Shown: positions 1 to 10,834, counted from the stretch's first letter. The stretch is 64,000 nucleotides of DNA from a virus (IMGVR_UViG_3300028591_000002:110718-174717); one strand, 5' to 3'. Notes: generated from the sequence alone by a model not told the origin. Made by a program: numbers and translations.

Positions 1-650
1 TCGTAAAATCTCATTCATATCATTATCTATCAATAAGTCATCATACATTCCCATAGGAGTTTTAGCTACGTGTTCTCCATCAGAATTTGTTAAAAACTTA
101 TAATCCATTCTATCTCCATTTGGAATAGCTAAAGCATAGAATACATAAGTAAACAAACCTTCTGGAGTTACTTTCTCTTGAACCATCTTTCCTATGGTTT
201 TTAGAGTCCAATGTGGATTTATAGCATCTCCAGTATTTTCTGAATGGGCTGTAAAAATTAAATTTAAGTCATCTCTTAGAGTATCAGCTAATCTAAGTAA
301 ATCAGTGAAATCTCCTCCAATATCATTAAATTTTTGGAAACCTACTTCAGACCTTCTATCCATATATTCAAAACACATAGTATATTGAAGATCATCAACA
401 ACTATATTTTTGATTTCAGGACGTTTAGCATTTACAAATTTAATAATCTTTGCTACATTTTCACTTTTTGCAGTTTGATACCAATTACCTGTATTCTCTT
501 TACTATTAAATTTAGTATACTGCTTTTTCCAACCCCTCCAAGGAAGTGGCTTAGATGTAGTACTAACTATAAAAGTTTCTTCTGGATTTAAATTTCTTAA
601 ACTAGTACTTTTTCCTTGTCCACTTTCTCCTAAAACTAAAATAGTATTAG
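1..650 (-). CDS. P-loop ATPase, AAA_24/Sak4-like (3' end runs off the window)
   Basis: Own translation of minus strand from ATG at 648-650: MANTILVLGESGQGKSTSLRNL... Walker A GESGQGKST. No stop before the window edge, so it is absent from the ORF track. Confidence 0.55.
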
Positions 651-653
651 CCA

Positions 654-1739
654 TTATATTACGAAATTACATTTCTTTGTAACTACTTTATCTGGAACAC
701 TAATATCATCTTTTAATAATAAATATTCTGGAGAAATATATTTGGTAAAATCGTTTATTTCATTAGGTTTAGGTAATTCTGCCCAAATATTACAAGCTCC
801 AAAAAAGTTACATCCGATTTCAACATCGGAATCTCCATATCTATCTTTAAGAACACAAATAACTCTAAAATTATTTCCGAGTGTTTCTATATCATAACCT
901 CGATAATCGTTTAATTTATCTCTATTAGGATTATATATAGAAATAAGAATTTCACAATCCTCAACAGGACCACCACTATCTTTAGTATCATTAATAGTAA
1001 AAGCACTCATTCCTTGTTTTCTCCTTTCCATATTACCTTGTTCTCTGTTAGCTTGTTGAACAACTACTGGAGAGATTCCACAAATATTTCTTAAAGTTCT
1101 TAAATATGAAGAAGTTTCATCTATCTCTTGTTTCTTAGTATTTCCTGTTTGAGGTCTAACTAACGAAATATGGTCAATAACAACTTCAAAAACTAAATCT
1201 GGATTATTAGGATAATATATTTTACGGTGGTCAGATTCTTCAAATCTTCCCAATTTAGATAATTCATCCATTAATAACTTATATAAAATTTTAGAGTTTA
1301 AAGATTTATCATATATAGTTATTTTGGATTCTATTTTCTTTAACCAAGGTAAACAATCCTTTATTATATTATAATATTCATCTGGTAAAACATATCCTTT
1401 CTTTCTAGATAATATTTCTTTTAAAGAAATTATTAATCCATATTTTTCAAAAATGTACATAGATAATAACTTACCAAATATCATATTGGCATTCATTTCT
1501 AATGAAGCAAACCATACTTTAAAATTATCATCATTTAAATGTTCCATTAATGGTTTATATACATAAGCATATAAAACAAAATTAGTTTTACCTGCTCCTG
1601 AATTAGAAAATACTACTGTATAGGTTTGTTTAGTTACTCCATCTATCACAGACTCTAATTTGGGTAAACCCATACTAATTCCCTGGTTCTTACCGGACCT
1701 GCCCCTGTCGATCTCTGATAAGAGAGATTCGGTAATCAT
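654..1739 (-). CDS. replicative DNA helicase, DnaB/T7-gp4 helicase-domain-like
   Basis: 361 aa. N-terminal DnaB-C-domain style region, Walker A SNSGAGKTNF, RecA-like fold features. Confidence 0.65.
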   Translation of the reverse strand: MITESLLSEIDRGRSGKNQGISMGLPKLESVIDGVTKQTYTVVFSNSGAGKTNFVLYAYVYKPLMEHLNDDNFKVWFASLEMNANMIFGKLLSMYIFEKYGLIISLKEILSRKKGYVLPDEYYNIIKDCLPWLKKIESKITIYDKSLNSKILYKLLMDELSKLGRFEESDHRKIYYPNNPDLVFEVVIDHISLVRPQTGNTKKQEIDETSSYLRTLRNICGISPVVVQQANREQGNMERRKQGMSAFTINDTKDSGGPVEDCEILISIYNPNRDKLNDYRGYDIETLGNNFRVICVLKDRYGDSDVEIGCNFFGACNIWAELPKPNEINDFTKYISPEYLLLKDDISVPDKVVTKKCNFVI

Positions 1740-2359
1740 AACTGTTTAATAGCATTAAAGTTAATTTTAGTAATCTTGCCATTCTTTAATGCTTCTAATT
1801 CTGCCCATTTATTTTCTATTACAAATGTGGCTAAAGAGAAATTAATATATCCGATATTATTTTTCTGTTCCCAGTCAATCAAATCTAAAACTTTCTTATG
1901 AGTTTCTGGACTCCATTTAATTTGCTTTCCATAAAATCTAAAGAAATCTTCTAGACTATCAAACTTTTTAGAGATACCTCTTAAAGAAACTGTTGTTCCA
2001 TTAATTTCTCCAAACATAGGATAATGTTCAAATAATTCTTTACCTAAGTCAAATGCAGACCTAAATATAGTATTAAAGAAATTTTTATTTATAGGAACTT
2101 CTAACGGGTCAAAAACTTGTCCAGTTTCTGGAATCTTATAAGATTTAAGAATAATTCCTTTATCTCTTAAAGATATTAAAGTATTTCTAAAACTATTTTT
2201 ATTATCTTCAGAACTTTTTAAAAATCGAGATAAATAATTCTCAGGATAGTCTTCTTGCTGGAGAAGTAGCATTTTAACTACAAATAATTCTGTAGGGGTT
2301 AATGCATACTTCTCTAATAGAGCCATTTCTTCATCAATTGAATAATCAAATTTATTCAT
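1736..2359 (-). CDS. hypothetical protein (replication module)
   Basis: 207 aa ORF, 4-nt overlap with the downstream helicase gene. Confidence 0.5.
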   Translation of the reverse strand: MNKFDYSIDEEMALLEKYALTPTELFVVKMLLLQQEDYPENYLSRFLKSSEDNKNSFRNTLISLRDKGIILKSYKIPETGQVFDPLEVPINKNFFNTIFRSAFDLGKELFEHYPMFGEINGTTVSLRGISKKFDSLEDFFRFYGKQIKWSPETHKKVLDLIDWEQKNNIGYINFSLATFVIENKWAELEALKNGKITKINFNAIKQL

Positions 2360-2445
2360 TCACAACAATTAATTAAGATATTAAAAAATGTCTTATCTTA
2401 ATTGTTAAAACCTTTACTCCACTTTCATGGCTTTACTCGTTAACA

Positions 2446-3735
2446 TTAAAATCTAAAATTAAATCTTTTAATAGGTTTAACATACGCATCTGGTTCTTCA
2501 CCTCTAAGAACTTGATCCAAACCTTTTTCGTCGATAGTAATATAACTATCCCCTTTGTGAGAATTTTTAAACCATTCTAACTCGACAGTAGAATTAATAA
2601 CTAAATTAAAAATCTCAGCTGTTTTGCCTTCTTCCACTCTAATTACACGTCCTCTTCTTTGTACAGCTTTAGTTTTAGAACTATCCAAACCTAAAATTAT
2701 AGCTACAGAAGCTCCGTGTAAATCTGCACCTTCATTTAATTTTTGGCAAGAATGTAGTGTTCCAGACTTGGCTTTATCAAAATCTTCAATTAAAACTCTA
2801 CCTTTCTTTTTTGATGTTTTACCTGTATAAACGTTTTTGCCTTTCTCTAAAGACTCTGCCATTTGGGTATTATTTGAAAAAGTAATAATTTTGGAATCCT
2901 TTCGGTTTTCCATTATCTTTTTACAAACTTCAATTTTCTTAGGATGATTATTTATAAATTTTTTTCGAGCCTGTATCACTCGCATAAAGCCCATAGAATG
3001 ATATGTTATATTCTTTAACATATCGCTCTTTTCCTCTTTGCTAGCTTTATATGAACATCTATCATCCCTCATTTTAATTCTTTCCAAATAACCCTTAGGA
3101 CCTAGCATAGACTTTGCTAAATTAAAATCATAATTAAAGAATTCGAAATGTTCTGTGAATTCTTTATTATAGTCTTTATAAGTTTGAATGTCATCAACAT
3201 CAAGTAAAACTAAATATTCCTTGAAAGGTGATATCCAGCCATTAATTGAAGCTTCCTCCGTAGTAACGGTGTCAACGACTGGACTATATTTTTTTATAAA
3301 TTCTTCTTTACCGTCCAATCTTTCGAATGTCGCAGTTAAACCTAGAATATACTTATATTTAACTTTATCAAAAACTTGGCTATAAGTTTCAGTCGGAATA
3401 CGATGTATTTCATCAATTATTAATATAGTACAAGACCAATCTCTTTTTATAACTGTATTAATAATCTGTACATCAGTATTTAAGCCTAAACCCCACTCAT
3501 CTAATAAACTTAACCATTGATTCTTTAAAGTTTCTGTAGGAACTACTACTAATATCCTAAATTTTGGATACTTCTTAAGTATGGCTTTAATTCCCATTAA
3601 ACCAATCCTAGTTTTTCCAAAACCAGTACAAGCAACAATGCTTCCAATGCATTTATTTCTAAACCATTCTTGAACACATTGTTTTTGTCTTGTAGTTCTA
3701 TCAACAGAAGTAAATAATTCTAGTTGCTGCGTCAT
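2446..3735 (-). CDS. SF2 DEAD/DEAH-box helicase
   Basis: Motif I ACTGFGKT, motif II IIDEIH, motif III LTATFER, motif VI QRRGRVIR. Confidence 0.7.
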   Translation of the reverse strand: MTQQLELFTSVDRTTRQKQCVQEWFRNKCIGSIVACTGFGKTRIGLMGIKAILKKYPKFRILVVVPTETLKNQWLSLLDEWGLGLNTDVQIINTVIKRDWSCTILIIDEIHRIPTETYSQVFDKVKYKYILGLTATFERLDGKEEFIKKYSPVVDTVTTEEASINGWISPFKEYLVLLDVDDIQTYKDYNKEFTEHFEFFNYDFNLAKSMLGPKGYLERIKMRDDRCSYKASKEEKSDMLKNITYHSMGFMRVIQARKKFINNHPKKIEVCKKIMENRKDSKIITFSNNTQMAESLEKGKNVYTGKTSKKKGRVLIEDFDKAKSGTLHSCQKLNEGADLHGASVAIILGLDSSKTKAVQRRGRVIRVEEGKTAEIFNLVINSTVELEWFKNSHKGDSYITIDEKGLDQVLRGEEPDAYVKPIKRFNFRF

Positions 3736-3740
3736 ATCCC

Positions 3741-4646
3741 CTAAGACTCGTTAATAAGGGAAAATCCTTTTAAATTAGCAACTTTCTCAAGTTGTTCAAT
3801 TCTTTCTTCCCATTGATTTATATGATAATCAATCTCATCCAAAAAACGATATAATACTTTATTTCTCAAAGTAAGAAGTTGGTCTGTAGTTAAATCAGAA
3901 TATTTCTTACTCTTAAGAGTAAGCATAGCACGTAATTCAGTATAAGTTAATCCTTTACCTTGATTAATACTAATTTTAGTACTATTTTTAAGACCTAATC
4001 TTTCTTTAATAACTTCTAATCTATTTCTATTCTTTCCTGTTTGTGGGTCCTTTTCAGTTAAATCAATTAACTCGCTATTAGTAAACCAAACCCCTAATTT
4101 AGTTATAAAATTGAGAGATAAATGTTTTCTATCAAATATTCCTAAGTCATATAAACAACCACTAAGAACATTATCAATAAGAACATCTCTGAATTCTTCA
4201 GGAGCTCCTGAATATATAGTAGAAGCTGTTAAAGTTGTTTTCCAATCTTTACCAAATAATTGCTTATTCTTATCCAAAGTACTTCTTAAATCAGAACATA
4301 CTAAATATCTAGGATAAGATTTTCTGTCATTAGAAGGTAAATATTTATTTTCACACCATCTTAAAAACAACTCAGTATTACATTTATTTATCTGGTCTTT
4401 TACAATATCTTTTAGAACATAACGTCCTGGATTCTTAGCATCTTTGCTGTATAACATAGATATACAGTGATTATAAAAATCTCTAAGTTGTTGTGGAGTA
4501 GCATCTAGCAATTTAATTTCTTGTTGGTTTCTATTATTGTCTTTAGGACCTTTCCAAATAAAATTATTAATATCGTTTTTTGCCGCTTCTTGTAACCTCT
4601 TCTTTTCCTCAAATGCTTGTGCTAGTTTTTCTCCTAAAACTCCCAT
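3741..4646 (-). CDS. hypothetical protein
   Basis: 301 aa ORF. Confidence 0.5.
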   Translation of the reverse strand: MGVLGEKLAQAFEEKKRLQEAAKNDINNFIWKGPKDNNRNQQEIKLLDATPQQLRDFYNHCISMLYSKDAKNPGRYVLKDIVKDQINKCNTELFLRWCENKYLPSNDRKSYPRYLVCSDLRSTLDKNKQLFGKDWKTTLTASTIYSGAPEEFRDVLIDNVLSGCLYDLGIFDRKHLSLNFITKLGVWFTNSELIDLTEKDPQTGKNRNRLEVIKERLGLKNSTKISINQGKGLTYTELRAMLTLKSKKYSDLTTDQLLTLRNKVLYRFLDEIDYHINQWEERIEQLEKVANLKGFSLINES

Positions 4647-4680
4647 ATTAAAAATTTTTTTTATTTAAAAAATTCATTAT

Positions 4681-4983
4681 CTAAATAGTAATATTATCTT
4701 CTTCCTCTTTTTTTCTTATAAATTTATCAAATCTAATATGAGTGAAATTATAAGTTTCTTCTTTATTAGTTATTCTATTATAATAAGTTTCTCCAGCTTT
4801 AACTAATGTAAAAGAAACAAACCCTATTTCTCCAATTTCTAATTGTCTATGTTCCCATCTCGGATATCTAGTACATAAAATATATTTATTATCCCATTTA
4901 TCAGATTCTAGATTTCTAAAGACATATAATATATATTCTCCCTCATGTTGGGCTACTTCTAATTTAGCTAATAATGTAGTCAT
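4681..4983 (-). CDS. hypothetical protein
   Basis: 100 aa ORF. Confidence 0.45.
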   Translation of the reverse strand: MTTLLAKLEVAQHEGEYILYVFRNLESDKWDNKYILCTRYPRWEHRQLEIGEIGFVSFTLVKAGETYYNRITNKEETYNFTHIRFDKFIRKKEEEDNITI

Positions 4984-5107
4984 TTAAAATTTTTACATCC
5001 ATATTTAGCAAAATCACTCTTAAATACTTCAAAATTGGACATACAGGGATATCTTTTACAGTCTATACAAGAACGTTCTGGGAACTTTACTTTTTTACTT
5101 GAATTTT

Positions 5108-5494
5108 TCATAGAAATATAGCTAAAATCAACCCCATAAAAAGTCCTAGATTTAAACCACTAGAGAGATTAAGCCTGTTTTTTATCTTTTTAATCTTCTT
5201 TTGGTCAGATGCTACTTTTTCTTCATAGGTAGCTATCTCAGCAGTCCTTATGGAATCTTGAATAGTATAGTTATCTATAATTTTTTCTAATCCTTCTATT
5301 TGTAATTTTAGTAAGGGTTGTTCCTTCTTTAGTTCAGAATGTTCTGCAAATATAAGATTAGTAATTTTCAGTTGTTTTGGAGTTATTACTATTAAGGAGT
5401 CCTTCGTTGTTTGATACGTATCTTGTGAAAAAGACGATATCGGAATCAACAGGCTGATGAATAATATCAATCCTAACTTTACTATATTCTTCAT
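5108..5494 (-). CDS. hypothetical secreted/membrane protein
   Basis: 128 aa, N-terminal signal-like and C-terminal hydrophobic segment. Overlaps the 5358..5714 ORF in another frame, so one of the two may be spurious. Confidence 0.35.
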   Translation of the reverse strand: MKNIVKLGLILFISLLIPISSFSQDTYQTTKDSLIVITPKQLKITNLIFAEHSELKKEQPLLKLQIEGLEKIIDNYTIQDSIRTAEIATYEEKVASDQKKIKKIKNRLNLSSGLNLGLFMGLILAIFL

Positions 5495-5714
5495 GTATTT
5501 TAATCACTTCAACTTTTGCAGTATCAATAATAGACCATAAACTATCTCTTTGATAAGAAAGTCTATCAATTTTTCTTTCTAAACTGTTTATTTTCTTTAT
5601 TAGCTCAATATTAGAGTTATTCTCGGGAGGAGTATAATTATATATCCTCCACGAGAAGAAAGCGATAAACAAAATTACGAAAAATCCCGTTAACACCCAA
5701 AATTTTTTATCCAC
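5358..5714 (-). CDS. hypothetical membrane-anchored protein
   Basis: 118 aa, N-terminal TM helix. Overlaps 5108..5494. Confidence 0.4.
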   Translation of the reverse strand: MDKKFWVLTGFFVILFIAFFSWRIYNYTPPENNSNIELIKKINSLERKIDRLSYQRDSLWSIIDTAKVEVIKIHEEYSKVRIDIIHQPVDSDIVFFTRYVSNNEGLLNSNNSKTTENY

Positions 5715-6273
5715 GATTCTTCAATGCTTTGTTAAGCAATTCTAAATTAGAATACTTAAGAGAATCAATTTCTGCTAGAACACTCTTTACCTCCTGAGGA
5801 AGAGATGCTTCAAATTCTTCTTTAGCCTTATTTTCTAAGAATTTCTTCTCAGATTTATTATATCCTGCAATTATAGCACCGGGATTCTTGGTAATATATT
5901 TTGCATAGTTATCAAGAACAGCTGTAACAACTTCATCGTTAATTAAACCAAAAACTGGAGTATATAAAGCTGTATGTGAATAAAGGTCTTTGACATTGAC
6001 TGCTTTACTATAAGCAATCTTTTCCCCAAGTTCCTTATCATATGTATCATTAGGACTACATATTGATACTCCAATTAAAAGACCTTTTATTGGAATATAT
6101 TCAGATAAATAGAGTCCTTTAGTATAATCCATTACACTAGGGCCTTCAATTGAGATAAGATTATCTTCCTTATCTGTAGGCTCAATTCGACTAACTCCTG
6201 CTACTGTAAACTTGTGTGTAGCACCTGCAAAATCTACGAATTCTCCGTAGACATACTTAACATGTTCTTTCAT
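5707..6273 (-). CDS. hypothetical protein
   Basis: 188 aa ORF. Confidence 0.5.
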   Translation of the reverse strand: MKEHVKYVYGEFVDFAGATHKFTVAGVSRIEPTDKEDNLISIEGPSVMDYTKGLYLSEYIPIKGLLIGVSICSPNDTYDKELGEKIAYSKAVNVKDLYSHTALYTPVFGLINDEVVTAVLDNYAKYITKNPGAIIAGYNKSEKKFLENKAKEEFEASLPQEVKSVLAEIDSLKYSNLELLNKALKNRG

Positions 6274-6475
6274 AATTTACTCCTTCTTCAGTGATAATCA
6301 TTTCCATTTCTGGATTATTAATATAATCTTCAAATTTTGGATCTACCTCAAATTTAACTTCTGGAGGCAAAATCTCATTTGTAGTATGACAAACTGGACA
6401 CTTATATTCTCCTTTAGAATTTAAATAGTGTAAAGTTTGTCTACCACATACTCGGCATTTAATCTGCTTTTCCAT
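6257..6475 (-). CDS. zinc-ribbon protein
   Basis: CRVCG...CPVCH pair of CxxC motifs. Confidence 0.5.
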   Translation of the reverse strand: MEKQIKCRVCGRQTLHYLNSKGEYKCPVCHTTNEILPPEVKFEVDPKFEDYINNPEMEMIITEEGVNYERTC

Positions 6476-6737
6476 TTTTAACTAATTTTAATTCTTGGAT
6501 AAATTCCTTAAAGTATTGTCTTATCTGCAAAGCTTCCTCTGGATGTCTTTTTTGAACTCTATACGAAGCAATTCTCTCTATTGCAGAACGTAAAGTCATT
6601 CCATAGGCAACCAATGTCATCTCTTTTCTTGCTGGACCCCCCTTTGGTCTAATTGTTTTCATTAAATATAAATCAAAAAAGGGAGAACCATCATCATCAA
6701 TAGGCACTAAGCGATAATCAGTATCTTCTAGAGTCAT
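6459..6737 (-). CDS. hypothetical protein
   Basis: 92 aa ORF. Confidence 0.45.
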   Translation of the reverse strand: MTLEDTDYRLVPIDDDGSPFFDLYLMKTIRPKGGPARKEMTLVAYGMTLRSAIERIASYRVQKRHPEEALQIRQYFKEFIQELKLVKNGKAD

Positions 6738-6843
6738 TTTTTCTTTTCCGATCCAGGGCGTTTGTTAGCCGCTTTTTCAGCATTACTTAGATTATCCCAA
6801 ACCTTTTGTCTTCTTTTAAGATTTTCTATTTTCTTTTTATATT

Positions 6844-7266
6844 TCATCCTAGAAATTCTTTACTAGCTTTATCAGCCAATTCATCCGCCATATTATTATA
6901 AATATCTGAGTCATGTCCTTTAGTCCATCTAAAGGTTATCTCTGAATCTACAAGTTTTTGACATTCCTCTAAAGACTCATCTAAAAGATTTCGTAGTTTA
7001 ATATTCTTTTTCTTTTTCCAACCCATAGAAGCACATCCAATAGCATACATACTATCAGAAACTATTTCTAATTTATCTAAGTGAATATTATTTTTAATAA
7101 TGTAACGTAATGCTACAATTACTGCACATAACTCCATCTTTTGATTAGAAACATTTTTATAACCTTTATTATAAGTCTTTACAATTTTGTCGTCTTGAAT
7201 CCAAACCACACCCACCCCACCTTGTTTTAGAGATGGTTTGTAAGCCCCATCTGTATATATTATCAT
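6844..7266 (-). CDS. rnhA: ribonuclease H
   Basis: YTDGA..., ELCAVIVAL, SDSMYA, TKGHDSD...NNMADELA: the RNase H catalytic motifs. Confidence 0.85.
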   Translation of the reverse strand: MIIYTDGAYKPSLKQGGVGVVWIQDDKIVKTYNKGYKNVSNQKMELCAVIVALRYIIKNNIHLDKLEIVSDSMYAIGCASMGWKKKKNIKLRNLLDESLEECQKLVDSEITFRWTKGHDSDIYNNMADELADKASKEFLG

Positions 7267-7637
7267 TTGGCTTTTTCTCCAGTAAAAATAATTTGATTTG
7301 AAACAACTTCCCCTTTAACATTTATATAATATTCAGAACCTTTTGGTATAATAAACTTATACAAAGTACTATTAGTTGGAAAATAAAAAGGTTTTTTCTT
7401 TGGTATTCCAATATAAGAATGATATCCACTATATATATAAATATATGGATAAATATCTATTATATTTTTATTCCAACTCTTATAAGCAGACTTGGGCTCA
7501 AGAAGTACCTTTTCACAGAGTTCATTCTTACGATAATGATACTTTAAAAGTGGAGAATTATGTTTCTTATTTAGATATTTATAAACTGTAATATCTTCTT
7601 TTGCTATATTACGTTTATGTATTCCAGCCCAACACAT
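7263..7637 (-). CDS. hypothetical protein
   Basis: 124 aa ORF. Confidence 0.45.
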   Translation of the reverse strand: MCWAGIHKRNIAKEDITVYKYLNKKHNSPLLKYHYRKNELCEKVLLEPKSAYKSWNKNIIDIYPYIYIYSGYHSYIGIPKKKPFYFPTNSTLYKFIIPKGSEYYINVKGEVVSNQIIFTGEKAK

Positions 7638-7638
7638 A

Positions 7639-8070
7639 TTATATTAACTTATAGTTTAAAGTTGTTATTTCGTCTGAAATAAATTCCCCCATTTCATTTT
7701 CGTAATAAGTAGCACCAAAAGGAATTACACAAGAAACTAAAGCATAGTGCATTTTCTTGTTTGGAACAATCAAAGAATGTTTTTCCACTAGAGAAGCTTC
7801 AAAATGAATGCTATCAGATTTTTGTTTCTTTATTTTAACTCTTTCTGGATTATATGAAGTAAAACCTCCTTTTAGACTTTGCAAATGTAAAAAGAAGTTT
7901 TGGAGATTTCCATTTACAACAGTAATTTTAGAAGAATAATTTTCCCCTAATTCATAATGAAATCCCGTAAAAGAAACTAAATCGGAATCTTCTTTACATA
8001 GAGTTATTATAAAGCAAGGAATATCGTATTTTGCAGTTTTCCTTCTTAATTTTTTTGTAAAGAAACACAT
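7639..8070 (-). CDS. hypothetical protein
   Basis: 143 aa ORF. Confidence 0.45.
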   Translation of the reverse strand: MCFFTKKLRRKTAKYDIPCFIITLCKEDSDLVSFTGFHYELGENYSSKITVVNGNLQNFFLHLQSLKGGFTSYNPERVKIKKQKSDSIHFEASLVEKHSLIVPNKKMHYALVSCVIPFGATYYENEMGEFISDEITTLNYKLI

Positions 8071-8384
8071 TATTTCTTAAATATATATTTATCTACATTA
8101 TAAAATATAATACCTCCTATTAAGTTAGCAATGATAGTATTCCAAAAAGTACTTAATGGTAATAATATTAATACCAAATATAATACTGGAGTACTACATT
8201 GCCATCTTAATAGATATAGCAGAAGTTTTTTCATTATTTACTACTTGCTAGTTTTTCTAAAACTGACAAAGCAACATCTACTGGAAGTGCTATTAATTCT
8301 TTAGCTAAAGAGATTTGAGCTTCCTTCCAAATCTTTTCTTCTACACTAACTTCTGGATTTTTTGAAGAATCATTAATAATTTTC

Positions 8385-9530
8385 TTAGACATAATTTTTC
8401 ACAAATTGTTGTGGTGTTAATTCTTGATTATAAGAATAATACCAATCTTCTATTGAAATTCCCTCTAATGATACCCATAAATCAAAATAAGATAAAGATG
8501 TTATCTTATAATCACCATTCATTAATACAGGAATCTTATCAAAATTATTAATACAATCCACATGAGTTAATATTATATTAAATTTCATGTGATATTTATA
8601 TTGATAATTTGATAAACAATGTCTATCAAAAGATGTTTTTAATAAAGAAAAATCAAATACTCCTCGTTTGAAAACACCTTGAATTCCAGTATCTAAATTA
8701 GAAGGTTCTTCTAAAGTAAAGTAATTTTCAAGTTCTGAAGAAAGCTGAGGTATATAACCATTACCATGTCTGGTAAGATATGGTCTCATTACAAAGAATA
8801 CTTCAGCATCATTCAATATTTCTGGATTTAATCCATTTAATCCAACTTTAGATGGAGTGCAGTTAGGCATAAATCCATGGTCCATATCCAAAAGTAATCC
8901 TTGAGAACCTTCATAAATGATTGTATCATAATCCTTTAAGAATAAAGGTTCTTCATAGAAAGAAGCATGTTCAACAAGCCATTTTATACTATCTATGAAC
9001 ATATCTTCAAACTCTTTTTCTGGAACGAACTTATGATACTCTCGTACTCCCTCTAAAAATTTCTCTGGGTCTTGAATTGCTTGTAGAAGTGTAGAATATT
9101 TAGATTCTTTACATCTTTTAAAAGTTTGATATATTCCCATTCCACAACTACCATTATTTAAATTATTGGAATCTTTAATATTAGAGAATACATCATAAGG
9201 TGTAATACATCTACAATTAAAAGAAATAGTAAGAGTTGGTATTATTCCTTTTGCTTCTAGAACTTCATATTCTTTTCTCATACAAATGGGGTCTACAAAA
9301 ACATTTTCATTAAGACAAGTATCAACGTCTAATAAAACTCCACTTCCATAAGAACTACAAATATGTTCAATACCATTATTTACTATTCTATGTCCTGCTT
9401 GAGGACCTCCAGAAAATCTTACTACAAGAGGTTTTTCTCCACGGTCAATGGCTTGTTTACAAAGCCACTGAACCGTAGAACCTTTTCCTTCATCCCCAAA
9501 AAAAGTTCCGAGGACTATTTGTTTTTTCAT
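8385..9530 (-). CDS. adenylosuccinate synthetase family protein (PurA / PurZ-like)
   Basis: N-terminal GTFFGDEGKGSTV P-loop typical of PurA (QWGDEGKGK), GGPQAGH, 381 aa. Confidence 0.8.
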   Translation of the reverse strand: MKKQIVLGTFFGDEGKGSTVQWLCKQAIDRGEKPLVVRFSGGPQAGHRIVNNGIEHICSSYGSGVLLDVDTCLNENVFVDPICMRKEYEVLEAKGIIPTLTISFNCRCITPYDVFSNIKDSNNLNNGSCGMGIYQTFKRCKESKYSTLLQAIQDPEKFLEGVREYHKFVPEKEFEDMFIDSIKWLVEHASFYEEPLFLKDYDTIIYEGSQGLLLDMDHGFMPNCTPSKVGLNGLNPEILNDAEVFFVMRPYLTRHGNGYIPQLSSELENYFTLEEPSNLDTGIQGVFKRGVFDFSLLKTSFDRHCLSNYQYKYHMKFNIILTHVDCINNFDKIPVLMNGDYKITSLSYFDLWVSLEGISIEDWYYSYNQELTPQQFVKNYV

Positions 9531-10417
9531 TATAATGTAATTTTAACAGTTTCTGTTTCTGTTGGTACATTAAAATCTGTAGAAGTTGAAGAAGAAGCTT
9601 GAGAAAAATCTCCAATACTCCTAAGAACAATATCTGAAATAGTAGGAATCAGATTATAATTTTCTCGTGGAAGAGCATAAACCTTATCTCCTCCAATGAG
9701 GTTTTTCCATTTATTAATTGTACTAATTCTATTTTCTCCAAAGTGAATATGATAAATATCCCACTTTTCTTTAACTTCTTCGATCAATTGATTTGAAGTT
9801 ATTCCAGCCTGTGCAGGATCTCCAAATAACTCTTCTATTGCATTCTTTGGAATTTCAGAAAGACAAGGTTCATCACCAAGAGTAATAAGAATACCTTTTT
9901 TATTTCTCTTCTCCCAAGCATCAGTTACAGTATGGCGAGATGCGAAATACCAAGCAAGATTGTAGCTTTCGCCAGTGTTTCCACCACCTCCTCTTTCAAG
10001 CCAAACTTTCTGAAGCCATTTCTCCATAAGTTCATCAGAACTTTCGAATTGACCACACTGAATTGGAGCATTATCACAATAACAATCACCAACACCAATA
10101 AAGCATACTTGAGCATCATTAACTCCAGAGTCTAAAATTGACTTCATAATCTCTGGAAATGAATTCTGAATCAAATCCATAGGAATATCACCCATACTTC
10201 CAGTAGTATCCAAAGCAACAATAATTGGAACAGAATTTGGATGCTCTTCAGAATCTCTACTTTCACGTATTTTACCTTTAATATTCATTTCTGAATCCAA
10301 TTTCCTTTGAGTAAAAGTCGTCTCCATAGCAGTATATGAATCCATACTTGCTGTAGCCAACTTTCTTGAAAAACTTCTTTCAGAAGCTAAAGAATAACTA
10401 TAAACACCAGTTCCCAT
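9530..10417 (-). CDS. von Willebrand factor A (vWA) domain protein
   Basis: MIDAS-like VALDTTGSMGD motif, 295 aa. Confidence 0.6.
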   Translation of the reverse strand: MGTGVYSYSLASERSFSRKLATASMDSYTAMETTFTQRKLDSEMNIKGKIRESRDSEEHPNSVPIIVALDTTGSMGDIPMDLIQNSFPEIMKSILDSGVNDAQVCFIGVGDCYCDNAPIQCGQFESSDELMEKWLQKVWLERGGGGNTGESYNLAWYFASRHTVTDAWEKRNKKGILITLGDEPCLSEIPKNAIEELFGDPAQAGITSNQLIEEVKEKWDIYHIHFGENRISTINKWKNLIGGDKVYALPRENYNLIPTISDIVLRSIGDFSQASSSTSTDFNVPTETETVKITL

Positions 10418-10436
10418 AATAATAATAATTTAAAAT

Positions 10437-10814
10437 TTAAATTAAATAATCCTTTACTTTCTCAAAATCAGCATAAGGTCCAAACAACTTCTCATACTCT
10501 TTTACATAGATTCCGAGTTTAATAGATAACTCCCTACGAGAAAGAGCAATGTTTATTCTTTTAGCCATGAGTTTATCAGGGTCAAAAGCACTTGGATTAA
10601 TACCCTGTCCAGCATTCATAGGCAGAATATCTAAGATAGCATCCTCTGAGTCAATATCACACTGACGAATAGAAGACATAATATCTTCAATTTGTCTACG
10701 ATACTTAATCTCAGTCTGTTCGTTCATTGTGTTAATTCTAGACTCTTTCAAGTCTCTGAAACTCTTGGTGAGTGTACTCTTCAACACACCAACTGGTACT
10801 TTTCCTTCTTCCAT
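10437..10814 (-). CDS. hypothetical protein
   Basis: 125 aa ORF. Confidence 0.45.
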   Translation of the reverse strand: MEEGKVPVGVLKSTLTKSFRDLKESRINTMNEQTEIKYRRQIEDIMSSIRQCDIDSEDAILDILPMNAGQGINPSAFDPDKLMAKRINIALSRRELSIKLGIYVKEYEKLFGPYADFEKVKDYLI

Positions 10815-10834
10815 AAAAAAAATTTTAAAGTTAA

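Noticed and set aside
194-591. Plus ORFs 194..388 and 334..591
   Set aside because: They lie inside the minus-strand P-loop ATPase gene (1-650), which has clear Walker A homology; the antisense ORFs are spurious.
9925-10135. Small ORFs 9925..10119 (-) and 9932..10135 (+)
   Set aside because: Embedded in or antisense to the vWA gene 9530..10417 in other frames; no support.
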